Shown here: positions 28,731-38,720 of the stretch, piece after piece
Position numbering within the stretch: the stretch's first letter is position 1
Layout: each line of letters begins with the position of its first letter
Assembly (NCBI GenBank): GCA_039933105.1
Contig: JBDTOT010000012.1
Span: 41,202 to 105,201, forward strand
Origin: Gammaproteobacteria bacterium
GTDB taxonomy: Bacteria; Pseudomonadota; Gammaproteobacteria; Steroidobacterales; Rariloculaceae
Reading direction: 5' to 3'
DNA: 64,000 nt
The notes under the pieces: model-generated
Told to the model about the DNA's origin: nothing
What the model saw: the letters and a program-made list of their open reading frames with translations, nothing else
The model's database searches: none
Translations under genes and position numbers: made by a program

Positions 28731-29645
28731 TTGGCGTTTGCGACGCTCGCCGCTACGGCGGCGGGCGTCGCGGACGCCCAGTCCACGGCGCGTTGCGATC
28801 GCGCCTGCTTGACCGGGTTCGTCGACGCGTATTTCGCGGCACTGATTGCCAACGACGCGAAGAAGCTGCCGCAGGCGGCGAAAGCGCGCATCACGGAGAA
28901 CGGCAGCGAGAAACCGCTCGCCGCCACGTTCTGGGATGGTGCGGCTGAGACGGCGTATCGCTTCGACATCGTCAATGTGCGACGCGGTGACACTGGCACA
29001 CAGACCGTAATCCGCAACGCTGACGGCACGACGACGATGCACATGATGCGTCTCAAGGTGCAGAACGGCGCCATCACCGAGATCGAAACCATTAAAGCGA
29101 ACAAGGGCGAGGCCGACCGCCTGTGGGATCCGGACCGGATACTCAAAGAGCCGACCACCAATTTTCAACTGTCGATCCGAGATGCCGAGCGTGATTCGTA
29201 CTACGACCTGATCGGCGCGGCCGACAGCTATTGGCGCGCGTTCCAGACGAACGGCACACCGAACTATCACCGCGCACGTCTGCAGCCTGACTCGAAGCGT
29301 TTCGAGAACGGCCTTCAAACGACGGGGCTGGTGCGCGACGGCGTGTTCAATGACACGTCAAAGGGTTTCGACGAAGGCCGGTTCATCGGCCGCAACATCT
29401 GGGACCGCCGCTATCCCGTCGTCGATGAAGAGCGCGGCGTCGCGCTCTCGATCGTGCGCTTCGGGCTCAAAGGCGGCGCGAAGAGCCAGAGTGTGGCGAC
29501 GACGAACGACCGGTTGGTCGCCGAATTCTTCGCCGTGCGCCACGGCTACATCCAGGAAATCCAAGCCGTGCTGTTCAACCTGCCGGACGAGAAGGCCACG
29601 GGCTGGCCGGCTGGATACGGGCCGGAGCGCGGCGCGACGAAATAG
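28731..29645 (+). CDS. Hypothetical exported protein (tandem NTF2-like, CDRACL motif)
   Basis: signal-like N-terminus, CDRACLTGFVDAY..ARITENG, RRYPVVDEERG; start uncertain. Confidence 0.7.
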   Translation: MAFATLAATAAGVADAQSTARCDRACLTGFVDAYFAALIANDAKKLPQAAKARITENGSEKPLAATFWDGAAETAYRFDIVNVRRGDTGTQTVIRNADGTTTMHMMRLKVQNGAITEIETIKANKGEADRLWDPDRILKEPTTNFQLSIRDAERDSYYDLIGAADSYWRAFQTNGTPNYHRARLQPDSKRFENGLQTTGLVRDGVFNDTSKGFDEGRFIGRNIWDRRYPVVDEERGVALSIVRFGLKGGAKSQSVATTNDRLVAEFFAVRHGYIQEIQAVLFNLPDEKATGWPAGYGPERGATK

Positions 29646-29654
29646 CGCTTTCGT

Positions 29655-30698
29655 TTAGCTCTTCAGCCACGCGCCGATTCGCGGCCACAGTTCCGCGTGA
29701 GCGGCAGATCCGAGCAGCAGCCCCAGGTGCGTCGCGGGGAACACGAAATTCGTGACAGCGTCTCGGCCGAGACGATCGACCAACGCGTTGCTCGAGATCG
29801 GTGGCACGAGACGATCGCGCTCACCGCTCACGTTCAGCACCGGGCAGCGAATGTTCTCGAGCGCCGCGAAGCGCCCGCCGACCCGCAGCCGGCCTTGCGC
29901 GAGATCGCGGTTCCAGTACGCGTTGCACATCGCTTCGCGAAACACCTGTCCCGTGAGCGGCACGTCGCTCTCGAGCCACGGCTGCAATGCGCGCGCAACT
30001 CGGGCGCCGGCGGTCGTGCGACTCAGGGCCGGCTCTTGCAGTTCGTCGGCCACGTAACGCGACAGCTGCGCGGGACCCGGAACGCCCGCATTCAGCCACG
30101 CGCGAATCCACCAGCCGGGCACGTTGCCGAACATGCGCACGACGTATTCCACGATCGTCGGCGCAAACGGCGACTGCAGCTCGATCGGCGCGCCCACGGG
30201 CACCACGCGCGCCACGTTTTCCGGATGCAGCGCGGCGTACAGCAGCGCGAGCAGCCCGCCGAAGCAGTTGCCGATGAGCGGCACGCGTTCCACGCCCTCG
30301 TGCGTACGCACGTACTCTACTGCGCAGGCGAGATCGCCGTTCACGTACGCGTCGAAGCCGCGCTCGGCATTCTCCGCGTCCGGCGCCTGCCAATCGGTGA
30401 GATACACCGTAAATCCCTGAGCGAGCAGATTGCGGACGATGCTGCGCTCGGGCAGCAGGTCGAGCACGTAGGGACGTTTGAACAACGAGTAGACCAGGAG
30501 CACTGGCGGCCCGTTCGCTTCGACATTGTCCGGACGGTACCGGCGCAAACGCAGAAGCCCGCTCTCGTCGACAACGTCGAACGGCGTGCGTGTAGGAGGA
30601 TCGGAGGGAACATCGAGCGACTCGTGCAGCGCGCGCTCGAACTTGAGGTCGGGGAAATCCGTGGCCGGCACGCGGCGGGAAGCGCCTTCGATCGTCAT
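29655..30698 (-). CDS. PHA synthase (class III PhaC)-like alpha/beta hydrolase
   Basis: TPFDVV, PVLLVYSL..RPYVLDL, GNCFGG lipase box, D-RLVPP, THLGL. Confidence 0.8.
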   Translation of the reverse strand: MTIEGASRRVPATDFPDLKFERALHESLDVPSDPPTRTPFDVVDESGLLRLRRYRPDNVEANGPPVLLVYSLFKRPYVLDLLPERSIVRNLLAQGFTVYLTDWQAPDAENAERGFDAYVNGDLACAVEYVRTHEGVERVPLIGNCFGGLLALLYAALHPENVARVVPVGAPIELQSPFAPTIVEYVVRMFGNVPGWWIRAWLNAGVPGPAQLSRYVADELQEPALSRTTAGARVARALQPWLESDVPLTGQVFREAMCNAYWNRDLAQGRLRVGGRFAALENIRCPVLNVSGERDRLVPPISSNALVDRLGRDAVTNFVFPATHLGLLLGSAAHAELWPRIGAWLKS

Positions 30699-30743
30699 GA
30701 ACTGCTCCGTTGCAGACGCGAGTCGACATCCTGCCAACCCTTT

Positions 30744-30761
30744 CTGACAGTTTGCTGACAG
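30744..30761 (-). promoter_or_regulatory. OmpR/PhoB-type direct-repeat box
   Basis: minus strand CTGTCAG-CAAA-CTGTCAG, 11-bp period, ~45 bp upstream of the PhaC-like start. Confidence 0.45.
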
Positions 30762-30935
30762 CCCCCACACGGCGCCAGTTAAGTTTTTTTCACGAAGACG
30801 CCGCCGTCGCGTACAACACCGAAGGCGCGATCTCCTCAGAAGCAACGCGCTCGTGAGGTTAGTTTTGGCTTGAATCGCAACCGCCGGGCGAACATCATCA
30901 CAGCGGTTTGCCGCCACGATCCGGGGAAGGGCTTC

Positions 30936-31985
30936 ATGACAGTCACCAAGATTATCCGCGTTTGCCTGAACATCCTCGCTTTGCTAGTCGTTTACGGCGG
31001 CACCGCGCATGCGCAGGGTGCCCCACCCGGTCCTACGCCCACGGGTCTCGTCGTCGGCTCGGGGAACTTCTACAGCCCGATCGTCGAGGACCTCGCTCAG
31101 GCCGTCGTGTTTTACCGCGACGGGGTTGGCTTCGAGGTGCGGGGCGAGCCGACGAACGCGGATGCGAATCCGCAGCTACGGGCGATGTTCGGCCTGCCGG
31201 ACGCGCACCTTCGTCAGCAAATCGGGCGCGCACCGCCGACTCCGGGCGGCGTCGAGATCGTCGAGATTCCCAGAGCCGGCCGTCAGACAGTCGAGCAGCA
31301 GATACGCGATCCCGGCGCGGTGATGTTGATGGTCGCCATGCGAGACATCGATGCGCCGCTCGCGCGGCTGAAACAACTCGGCGCACCGATCGTCACGACC
31401 GGCGGCATGCCCGTGAACGTCGGCGGGCAGACGCGAGCAGTCGTGATCAAGGATCCGGCGGGGCACTTCGTCGAGCTCGTGCAGCCCGGCACGCTGCCGC
31501 CAGTGGCCGAGGGCTCGACCGCGAATATCGTCGGCGTCAGAGTTCGGCACACCGTCGCTAATCTCGAGCGTTCGCTCGCGCTCTATCGTGGCGCGCTCGG
31601 GCTTGCGGGCGGCGCCGAAGTTCCGGCGTATGTCGACGATGCGGCCGTGCTCGACCTGCTCGGCCTCCTGCACCGCACGCGATATCGCTTGACGATGCTG
31701 ACCGTGCCAACGTCGGGTCTCCAGATGGAGTTCATGGAATTCAAGGGCGCTCGCCCGCCCGCCAAGCCGGCCATTCTCGCCCCCGGCTCGACACGGATGC
31801 AGCTGCGGGTGGCCGACATCGATGCGGCCGTCGCGGCGCTCACGAAGGCGGGCGGCAAGTTCATCTCGACAGGCGGTAAGCCCCTCGATCTGCCGGCGGG
31901 CAACGCGACACTGAAGGTCGGCATCGTGCGCGATCCGGACGACCTGTTTGTCGTGCTGATTCAGGCGCCGCCTGCACCGAAGTGA
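30936..31985 (+). CDS. Tandem VOC/glyoxalase protein with signal peptide
   Basis: DLAQAVVFYRDG..KDPAGHFVELV; NLERSLALYRG..RDPDDLFVVLI; AHA cleavage site. Confidence 0.82.
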   Translation: MTVTKIIRVCLNILALLVVYGGTAHAQGAPPGPTPTGLVVGSGNFYSPIVEDLAQAVVFYRDGVGFEVRGEPTNADANPQLRAMFGLPDAHLRQQIGRAPPTPGGVEIVEIPRAGRQTVEQQIRDPGAVMLMVAMRDIDAPLARLKQLGAPIVTTGGMPVNVGGQTRAVVIKDPAGHFVELVQPGTLPPVAEGSTANIVGVRVRHTVANLERSLALYRGALGLAGGAEVPAYVDDAAVLDLLGLLHRTRYRLTMLTVPTSGLQMEFMEFKGARPPAKPAILAPGSTRMQLRVADIDAAVAALTKAGGKFISTGGKPLDLPAGNATLKVGIVRDPDDLFVVLIQAPPAPK

Positions 31986-32024
31986 AAAATCGATTTTCGT
32001 ACCCGGTTACCACATGAGCGGGGA

Positions 32025-32192
32025 ATGCGTTACGTGATTCGGAATCTGATCTGGGCCGCGGCGGGCGCCTTGCTCGCGTGGGTCGCCATCCACTGGTGGA
32101 GCGAGGGCACTCCGTCGGATCCGGGGGGCCCCGTCGCGGAGGCCCGCCGAACTTCACGCCTCGAACGCGCGCGTAAAACCGCATCCCACTAA
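32025..32192 (+). CDS. 55-aa ORF with one TM helix (small protein or truncated gene)
   Basis: MRYVIRNLIWAAAGALLAWVAIHWW...; purine-rich sequence before ATG; ends where base composition changes. Confidence 0.45.
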   Translation: MRYVIRNLIWAAAGALLAWVAIHWWSEGTPSDPGGPVAEARRTSRLERARKTASH

Positions 32193-32376
32193 CCTAGCTT
32201 GTGCTCTCGGCGAAGGCCGTGACGACCGCCTGGGAAATGGCGATGGCAACGTGGCGCGGCCACCGCGCTTAAGGGAGCCAGCCAGGCTACTCGACAGACA
32301 CGCGCGTCTCGGTATCGCTAGTCCTCGGGCATTCTTCTTTCGACAAAGGACGGGGAACCTGCTCGTCACCAAGGCT

Positions 32377-35160
32377 TCATCTCGAGCGCCGTATCGATTC
32401 ACGCACCGCCAACTTTTCCGTCGCAACCGCCAAACTAGTAACTCTAAGCGCTTCGTTAGCGGCCATCGAATCGAGCAGCAGGCTCTCGGACTCCGCCAGC
32501 AAAATCGGCAATTCAGCAGCAATCCGAGTCATGGTCGACGGCAACTGCTCTGGCGCGACTGCCTTGGAGAGGAGGTAGCCTTGCAAATAAATGGGTCGAT
32601 GACCAAGCAGGATTATGAGCTGTTCGGGCCGCTCGATTCCCTCGGCCGTCACTTCAAGTTTGAGGCCATGACACAGGCCGATAATGGCGCGGGCAATCGC
32701 AGCAGAGCGCGGACTCTGATCGATGTCCGAAATCAAACTGCGGTCGATCTTGATTCTTGTGAACGGCAACTGTTCGAGGGATGCCAGCGAAGAATATCCG
32801 GCCCCGAAATCATCCAGAGCGACGGCAATGCCGCATTCACGCAGTTTATGAAGTGCGTCGATGGTCGCCGGGCCCGTCTGTAGAACCGTTTCGGTCAGTT
32901 CTATTTCAAGACACCGCGCCGGTAACGCAAATTCGCGCAGAAGCGCTTGGACCTTGTCCACGAAGTGATGGTCCAGCAATTGTCGTGCTGACACATTGAC
33001 GGCGACACGAGCACCGGGCCAGATGCCTTGCTGCCACCTAGCGGCCGTTTCTATGGCCGAGCGCAAAACCCAATCGCTTATCTCCACGATCAAGCCGGAT
33101 TCCTCGGCGACAGCCAGAAACTCACCGGGCGCGGCAAGGCTGCCGTCGGGTAGACGCCAGCGAATTAACGCCTCAACGAGCGACACTTGTTGGGTCTCCG
33201 AACTGACCTCCGGCTGGAAAGCCAATTCAAACTCACCACGTTCCACGGCGCGGCGCAGACCTTGCTCGGTTGTGAATTTTGCGGCGGCCGAGGCTAGCAA
33301 TTCAGGCGTAAACACCGAGAGCTGGCTGCGTCCCAAAGCCTTCGCCCGGAATAGCGCCGCGTCGGCAGCCTGCAACAAGCCTTCTGCGGTCAGCTCGTGG
33401 TCGGGATAGATGCTAGCGCCCGCGCTAATACTCACAATAAGATCCCGACCATCAATTGAGATTGGATTTTGGAAGGCAGTAATCAGACTCAAGCCGACGT
33501 TGCGGACATGGTCAAGATCTCGCCCCTTGGTCAGTACCACGGTGAACTCATCTCCGCCCAGACGAGCGGCGAAACCGAACTCCGCCGCGATCTCGCGCAA
33601 ACGTTGCGAGACGGCGCGTAGTAACCGGTCGCCGAACCCGTGACCCATCGAATCGTTGACGTTTTTGAAATTATCCAGATCCAAAAAGAACACGCCGACC
33701 AAGCGCTTTTCACGCGCCGCGTTTTGCAGCGTCCCCTCAAGCAGTGCGAGCAGATGTCTACGATTGGGAAGGCCAGTCAAAGGGTCGCATTCCGCTAGCT
33801 CTTGAAGCTGACGCGTCCGTTCAAGAACCCGCGCTTCAAGGTCGCGCTGGTGTTGTTCTGCGCTCTTTCTTGATCCGATCAGCTCTTCTGCCATTTCATT
33901 AAATGACGAGGCGAGCGTGTCGAGCTCCTTGATTCCGCCACCCGGCACGACATCACAAGCTACGCCGCGTTTGAGCTGCGCCATTGCCTTCAACAAACGA
34001 CGAATCGGGACCACAATGCTGCGCACGGTCCCAATCGAAATCACCAGCACGATCATTAGAATGCCGCCGGACAACAGCGCCACAAGGTTGCGTTTGGACG
34101 CATCAACATCGGAATTTGAGAGAGTTGTGCGCACCTCTGGGGCGACACTCTCGACGATCTCGGCAATCCCATCGATGGGTGGCCCGACGAAGGGCGCCTC
34201 CTGCGTGATCGCCATCGGAGCCGCGTTAGCGGACGCGCTTCCCAGCGTTTGCTGAAGGCGTGCGCGGATCTGTTCACCGCTTTGGAAGAACCCCTGCTCC
34301 GCCTCGTCCCTCCCTTTCCAGTCCGCAATCAGATGCTCACGCAACGCGCGGATTTGGCCGAGGTCTTCGCGAATTATTCCGACCCATTCAGCGCCTTCTG
34401 AGCGTGTAAGTGCGCGCTCGTTCGTTTCGAGCGTCTGACCAAAGGCGTCTTCACTGGCGATCAGCGAATCCGCTGCGGATGAATTGAAGGCAGCGTCCCC
34501 AATAAGAATGCCGAATCGACGCCGAAGCTCATCGTGATCGGTTCGCAGCTGCAGCAAAGACTGTCGGGCGAGCACGCGGCCGAGGATCTTCCACCCTTTC
34601 CCCACCGCCTCAGCCATCCGGTCGCTCATCTCGTCGAGACGCGCCGCGTATTTACGAACAGTGGTCCGCTTATCGTCCGCCAGAGTCGTCAATTTCTGAG
34701 CGGCTGCGCCATAAGCCTTAAGAGACTTACGCAGGCCTTGCTGGGCGTCCTTGTCGAGATTTTCAGAGTAAACCGTTGCTTCGGATTCGAGAGCACGCTG
34801 CGCGGCTCCCAGCTTTTTATCGTTTTCTGCACTAGGCGTTTGCACGCGAGCAGCGATGGCGCGCTCGTAGCGGCCGACGTTCTCTGTGAGCTGAGAAATG
34901 AGAGCGTCGGGCGTGGGCTCCGACGCTGGAATTGCCGCGGCATCCGCCTGCGGAGCGCTTACGGCAGTCGGCGCGGAACGAAACCGGGTGATTTCGATGG
35001 TCGATACGCCGCGCTCCACCATCACATTTGTGATCGCGGCGAGAATCCCGACCGCAGCAAAAGAAAGTGCCAGGCGACCCGTGATGCCTATGCGGGCGAC
35101 TAACGGTCGTCGCAGGGTCTTAAGCAGTGTGGCCGCCGTCCGCTGAACCCAGATATTCAT
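32377..35160 (-). CDS. Membrane HAMP-GGDEF-EAL diguanylate cyclase/phosphodiesterase
   Basis: two TMs, HAMP, DPLTGLPNR, RLGGDEF, VEALIRW, DDFGAGYSSL, EGIE. Confidence 0.92.
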   Translation of the reverse strand: MNIWVQRTAATLLKTLRRPLVARIGITGRLALSFAAVGILAAITNVMVERGVSTIEITRFRSAPTAVSAPQADAAAIPASEPTPDALISQLTENVGRYERAIAARVQTPSAENDKKLGAAQRALESEATVYSENLDKDAQQGLRKSLKAYGAAAQKLTTLADDKRTTVRKYAARLDEMSDRMAEAVGKGWKILGRVLARQSLLQLRTDHDELRRRFGILIGDAAFNSSAADSLIASEDAFGQTLETNERALTRSEGAEWVGIIREDLGQIRALREHLIADWKGRDEAEQGFFQSGEQIRARLQQTLGSASANAAPMAITQEAPFVGPPIDGIAEIVESVAPEVRTTLSNSDVDASKRNLVALLSGGILMIVLVISIGTVRSIVVPIRRLLKAMAQLKRGVACDVVPGGGIKELDTLASSFNEMAEELIGSRKSAEQHQRDLEARVLERTRQLQELAECDPLTGLPNRRHLLALLEGTLQNAAREKRLVGVFFLDLDNFKNVNDSMGHGFGDRLLRAVSQRLREIAAEFGFAARLGGDEFTVVLTKGRDLDHVRNVGLSLITAFQNPISIDGRDLIVSISAGASIYPDHELTAEGLLQAADAALFRAKALGRSQLSVFTPELLASAAAKFTTEQGLRRAVERGEFELAFQPEVSSETQQVSLVEALIRWRLPDGSLAAPGEFLAVAEESGLIVEISDWVLRSAIETAARWQQGIWPGARVAVNVSARQLLDHHFVDKVQALLREFALPARCLEIELTETVLQTGPATIDALHKLRECGIAVALDDFGAGYSSLASLEQLPFTRIKIDRSLISDIDQSPRSAAIARAIIGLCHGLKLEVTAEGIERPEQLIILLGHRPIYLQGYLLSKAVAPEQLPSTMTRIAAELPILLAESESLLLDSMAANEALRVTSLAVATEKLAVRESIRRSR

Positions 35161-35339
35161 GATGGACTTACCGGTCCTCCCTTGCCGCGGCCGTGCTGCA
35201 CCGCGTGCGGGTGCATTTGTTCTGTGGGGACTAATCGCGCCGCAGACGGCGCAAACGAATGCGCTCAACGTAACGGGTAGCTGTCCCATCGTCCGAGATC
35301 AACGTCACGAAGTTACGGTCAGCTTGCAGTTGACATCGC

Positions 35340-35704
35340 TAGACTGCGCGTTCCAAGAGTTCCCTCGTTACCGCAGCGCCAATCTTCGACGGCGGCCTTC
35401 GGGCAAAGTACATCCGAGCCAAGCGTTTGGACGCTATGCCTGAGCGTGGGATGTTCCTCTTCGCAAAGGGCAGCACGAAGGGCTGATCAGCTTCGAGACG
35501 TTCCAGAAGATAGAAGAGCGCCTTTCCGGCGATCTGAACGCAGACTTTCCTCTGCGTGGAGCGAGCGCTGATATTCCGTCGGTTGTGAACGCCTACGAAA
35601 ACCGCATCCACAAACTCGAAGAACAGCGGCTCGTTTTGCACGAACAAATCGCGAATAGCGGCAAGCCCGCGCGCAGTTTCGAGGAGACACTTCGAACTGC
35701 GTGA
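35340..35704 (+). pseudogene. Decayed large serine recombinase fragment
   Basis: frame reads ...RYA*AWDVPLRKGQHEGLISFETFQKIEERL..DLNADFPLRG / SVVNAYENRIHKLE..IANSGKPARSFEE*; in-frame stop at 35441; no catalytic N-terminus or Zn ribbon. Confidence 0.7.
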
Positions 35705-35891
35705 CTCTCTATTGTCCGATTCAGGCCCATCGGATTTCCACAGGGGTGATCGTGCCGCAGAGGGGCGCCCCGAGAGCGGTTCGCCCATTCCGGACCGCGG
35801 CAGCCCTGCTGTGCCAAACGAATCTTTCGAGTTGTTAGTCCGAGGAATCGGTTACGAGGGAGCGGCGATTCTGCCTGATCGCTTCGCCGGC

Positions 35892-36788
35892 CTATTGACC
35901 GACGGACCCACCGGCAGTCGTCACACCGCAGAGCGCCCCGTTCAGCGTTGCCGCCAGGCGTGCGGCCGCGAGCACGAGCCGCTCCTCGGCAATGCGCTGC
36001 GCCATCTGTCGATAAGCGTCGTCGAGAATGGCAGGACCCTCGGCCTGCGCAAAACTATAGACGGTCGGCCGCAACGCGAGGCTCTCGGCGGCCCACTCCG
36101 CCGGCGGATCGTGCGCGCGAGCGGCGGGCACGGCCTCGAAAGAAGCTTCGAGCTCGTGCGCGAACTGCTCCGGCGCGACACGCCGGCGATTGAAGACGGA
36201 TGTGTCCCAAAACCCATGCAGGCTTCTGACGTCATCGCCGACCCGCACCTCGACCTCGGTTCCACCGCCATCGGAGGCGCGGCTGACATGCACGGGTTGA
36301 TGCACGTCGACGACGAAGTGAACGACGAAGCGCAGCGCCTCGCTGCGCTCCTCGCGCGGCCGCGAGCGATCCGCCAACGTCGCCGTGAAATGCACGATGG
36401 CGGTGAGCACATCGCCTTCAGGAATGTGATGGAATGCGTCGATCGCGGCTCGTGCCTGCTCGAGCCCTGCGCCGGCCGGCAAATCGGGGAAGTTGATGTA
36501 GTGCCACGGCACGGCGCGCTCCCACGCGGGGTCATCACGGACCGTGTCAGCCCAGGGCCCGAGCTCACCCAGCGACTTTCCCTCGCCGAGGTCGGCCACC
36601 TCGCTTCGCGCAGCGGGGCAGAGCGCCCGCTCGGCGAGCAGGCCGGCGGTGATATGGAAGCGCCCGCCGAACGCCAGCACCTGCGCCGGTAACACGGCAG
36701 CCGCAGCACCGAGCAGCGCGGAGGCGAGCGCAGCGCTTCTCTTATTCGTCCACCGAGTCATGGATGCACGCCGACGTAACGCCATCAC
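35892..36788 (-). CDS. S1/P1 nuclease, exported
   Basis: WADTVR, WHYIN, VHFVVDVHQPVH, LHGFWD, AAARLAATLN. Confidence 0.9.
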   Translation of the reverse strand: MMALRRRASMTRWTNKRSAALASALLGAAAAVLPAQVLAFGGRFHITAGLLAERALCPAARSEVADLGEGKSLGELGPWADTVRDDPAWERAVPWHYINFPDLPAGAGLEQARAAIDAFHHIPEGDVLTAIVHFTATLADRSRPREERSEALRFVVHFVVDVHQPVHVSRASDGGGTEVEVRVGDDVRSLHGFWDTSVFNRRRVAPEQFAHELEASFEAVPAARAHDPPAEWAAESLALRPTVYSFAQAEGPAILDDAYRQMAQRIAEERLVLAAARLAATLNGALCGVTTAGGSVGQ

Positions 36789-37387
36789 TAGTAGGGGTAA
36801 CCCTTTAGCCTTGGCGCGTTGAGCTTGAACTCATGCGGTTTGCCGAATTCATCACCAATCGGCATCTTCACCGTGGGCAGATTCTCCTTGTCCAGGACCT
36901 GGTCCTCCGGAATCACGTGATTGAGGACGAGCAGGTAAGCCGTCAACGAGTAGACCTCATCCGGAGTCAGAGTCCCCTCGAGCCCAAGTGGCATACCGCG
37001 ACGGATGAAATCCCACACCACGGTCGCATACGGTGAACGCAGTGGCAGGATGCGCTCCTTTTTCCAGACGTTAACATCCGCGCCTTGTTTCGATTGCAAC
37101 GCGGGTGCCAATCCCCCAAGGCCCTCTGCGCCGTGACAGGCGATGCAGCCCTTCTGCAGATAGAGCTGTGCCCCTTCCTTCGCGGTGCCGGTGCCCGGCG
37201 GGAGTTCCTCTCCTGTAGGACTGATCGCTATGTCCATGCGGCCGAGCTCTTCGGCGGTCGGCGTGCGTCCCACGCCATAGGTGGGTGACTGCGCGATTGC
37301 GGGGCTGCCCACGAGGCTCGCCAGCAGCAGCGGAATCGTCACAACCTTAAGCGGGTTGCGCCCCTCGAACATTTTACGCAAGCCCAT
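36788..37387 (-). CDS. Monoheme cytochrome c (SoxD/SorB-like partner)
   Basis: YGVGRTPT, LPPGTGTAKEG, CIACHG, MPLG; overlaps the SoxC-like gene. Confidence 0.85.
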   Translation of the reverse strand: MGLRKMFEGRNPLKVVTIPLLLASLVGSPAIAQSPTYGVGRTPTAEELGRMDIAISPTGEELPPGTGTAKEGAQLYLQKGCIACHGAEGLGGLAPALQSKQGADVNVWKKERILPLRSPYATVVWDFIRRGMPLGLEGTLTPDEVYSLTAYLLVLNHVIPEDQVLDKENLPTVKMPIGDEFGKPHEFKLNAPRLKGYPY

Positions 37388-38651
37388 TGGTCACGCTCCC
37401 GTCCCTCGCGATTTTCCAGGGCATCACGCTGTTGTCCAAGCCGGGCACCCGGTAGTTCCGCTCGAACGGTACTTTCCACCAGTTGGCGATCTCCTCCCGC
37501 ATTGGCTGCCTCTGCCCGATGTCGTCGGTGCAGCGCGACAGAATTTCGGTCTCGCTTCCATCCCATCGCCACTCGTACGCGAAGCGGACGTGCGCCATGC
37601 GTTGTGGAACGTTCTTGAATTGGGCGCGGTTCCACTTCTTTCCGCCATCAGTGGACACTTCCACCGTCTTGACAGCGCCGCCACCGGACCACGCGAGCCC
37701 GCTAATCTCGTAGAAGCCGGCGCCAGGCAGCTGCTGTGTGCCGGATGGGTACGTGATGACCGACTTGGGCCCGATCTGTTCGCCGAGCGCGAGCTCTTTG
37801 CCCTCTGGCCGCAAATGCCCGAATTCGTTGTAGTTCATGTAATACCGGTCGACGAGCTTGATGCGCCGCAGAAACTTGGTGTGGTAGATGCCCTCGAATC
37901 CGGGAACCATGATGCGCACAGGAAACCCCTGCTGTGGCCGCAAGGGCTCGCCGTTCTGGCCGTAGGCGATGAGGCAATCGTCCATCCCTTTGGCGATGGG
38001 AATGCTCGATGCACCCTTTACTTCCTCGGCGCCTTCAGCGACGAACCATTTCGCGGTGCCTTTCAGGCCACATTCCCTGAGCAGCGTGGACAGCAGCACG
38101 CCCGTCCATTCGGAGCAACTTGTCATCCCGTGCGTCTCCTGCACGGTCTTTTGCGTTCCGTCGTGCCGGTTGCCCGCACACTCGATGAAGTGCAACCGGG
38201 TGACCGACGGGAAGCGTTTCAATTCGTCCACGGTGAGGGTCAACGGCCGATCGACCAAGCCGTGTAACGTGAGCGTGTGCTGCTTGGGGTCGATGTCCGG
38301 CAGATACGAGCCGCGGGTCGTCGCGACATAGTGCAACGACGAGGGCGTGATCACGCCGACGGAATCCTGCAACGGCGTGGCCACGTGAAACACTTTGCCA
38401 AACACGTCGGGTGATGCCCTGCCGCCCATGGGGTGCGCCATGCGCACGGAGGTGACGTATTTGGAACGCTGGCCGTATTCGATCTGCTCCTTGCTGCCGT
38501 GAATCATCGGCGACCCGTTCTCGGGGCTCGGAGTCGTCGGATGGGTGTGCTCTTGGGCTTGGGCCGTACCCCGTAAGGCCACGGTGGCTCCACCGGCTAA
38601 CGCGGCGCCTAACTTGAGGAGCTCTCTACGGCTGCTTCGTTTCGAATCCAT
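37374..38651 (-). CDS. Sulfite oxidase-family molybdoenzyme (SoxC-like) with Tat signal
   Basis: SRRELLK Tat; TPLQD..GVITPSSLH, FIECAGN Mo-Cys, EWTGV, NGEPLRPQQGFP, GLAWSG. Confidence 0.88.
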   Translation of the reverse strand: MDSKRSSRRELLKLGAALAGGATVALRGTAQAQEHTHPTTPSPENGSPMIHGSKEQIEYGQRSKYVTSVRMAHPMGGRASPDVFGKVFHVATPLQDSVGVITPSSLHYVATTRGSYLPDIDPKQHTLTLHGLVDRPLTLTVDELKRFPSVTRLHFIECAGNRHDGTQKTVQETHGMTSCSEWTGVLLSTLLRECGLKGTAKWFVAEGAEEVKGASSIPIAKGMDDCLIAYGQNGEPLRPQQGFPVRIMVPGFEGIYHTKFLRRIKLVDRYYMNYNEFGHLRPEGKELALGEQIGPKSVITYPSGTQQLPGAGFYEISGLAWSGGGAVKTVEVSTDGGKKWNRAQFKNVPQRMAHVRFAYEWRWDGSETEILSRCTDDIGQRQPMREEIANWWKVPFERNYRVPGLDNSVMPWKIARDGSVTNGLA

Positions 38652-38720
38652 TGGATCCCCCTTCGTAGTGACACTATTAAAAGGACGAAGTCACATCCCC
38701 GCGAACTATACGATCAAACG

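Noticed and set aside
32252-32261. TGGCGCGGCC as another tRNA-Arg att copy
   Set aside because: 9/10 match of a GC-rich decamer is within chance, although it lies near the composition shift.
35441-35443. Programmed readthrough/selenocysteine at the in-frame TGA
   Set aside because: Surrounding frame is an internally deleted recombinase remnant; decay is the simpler explanation.
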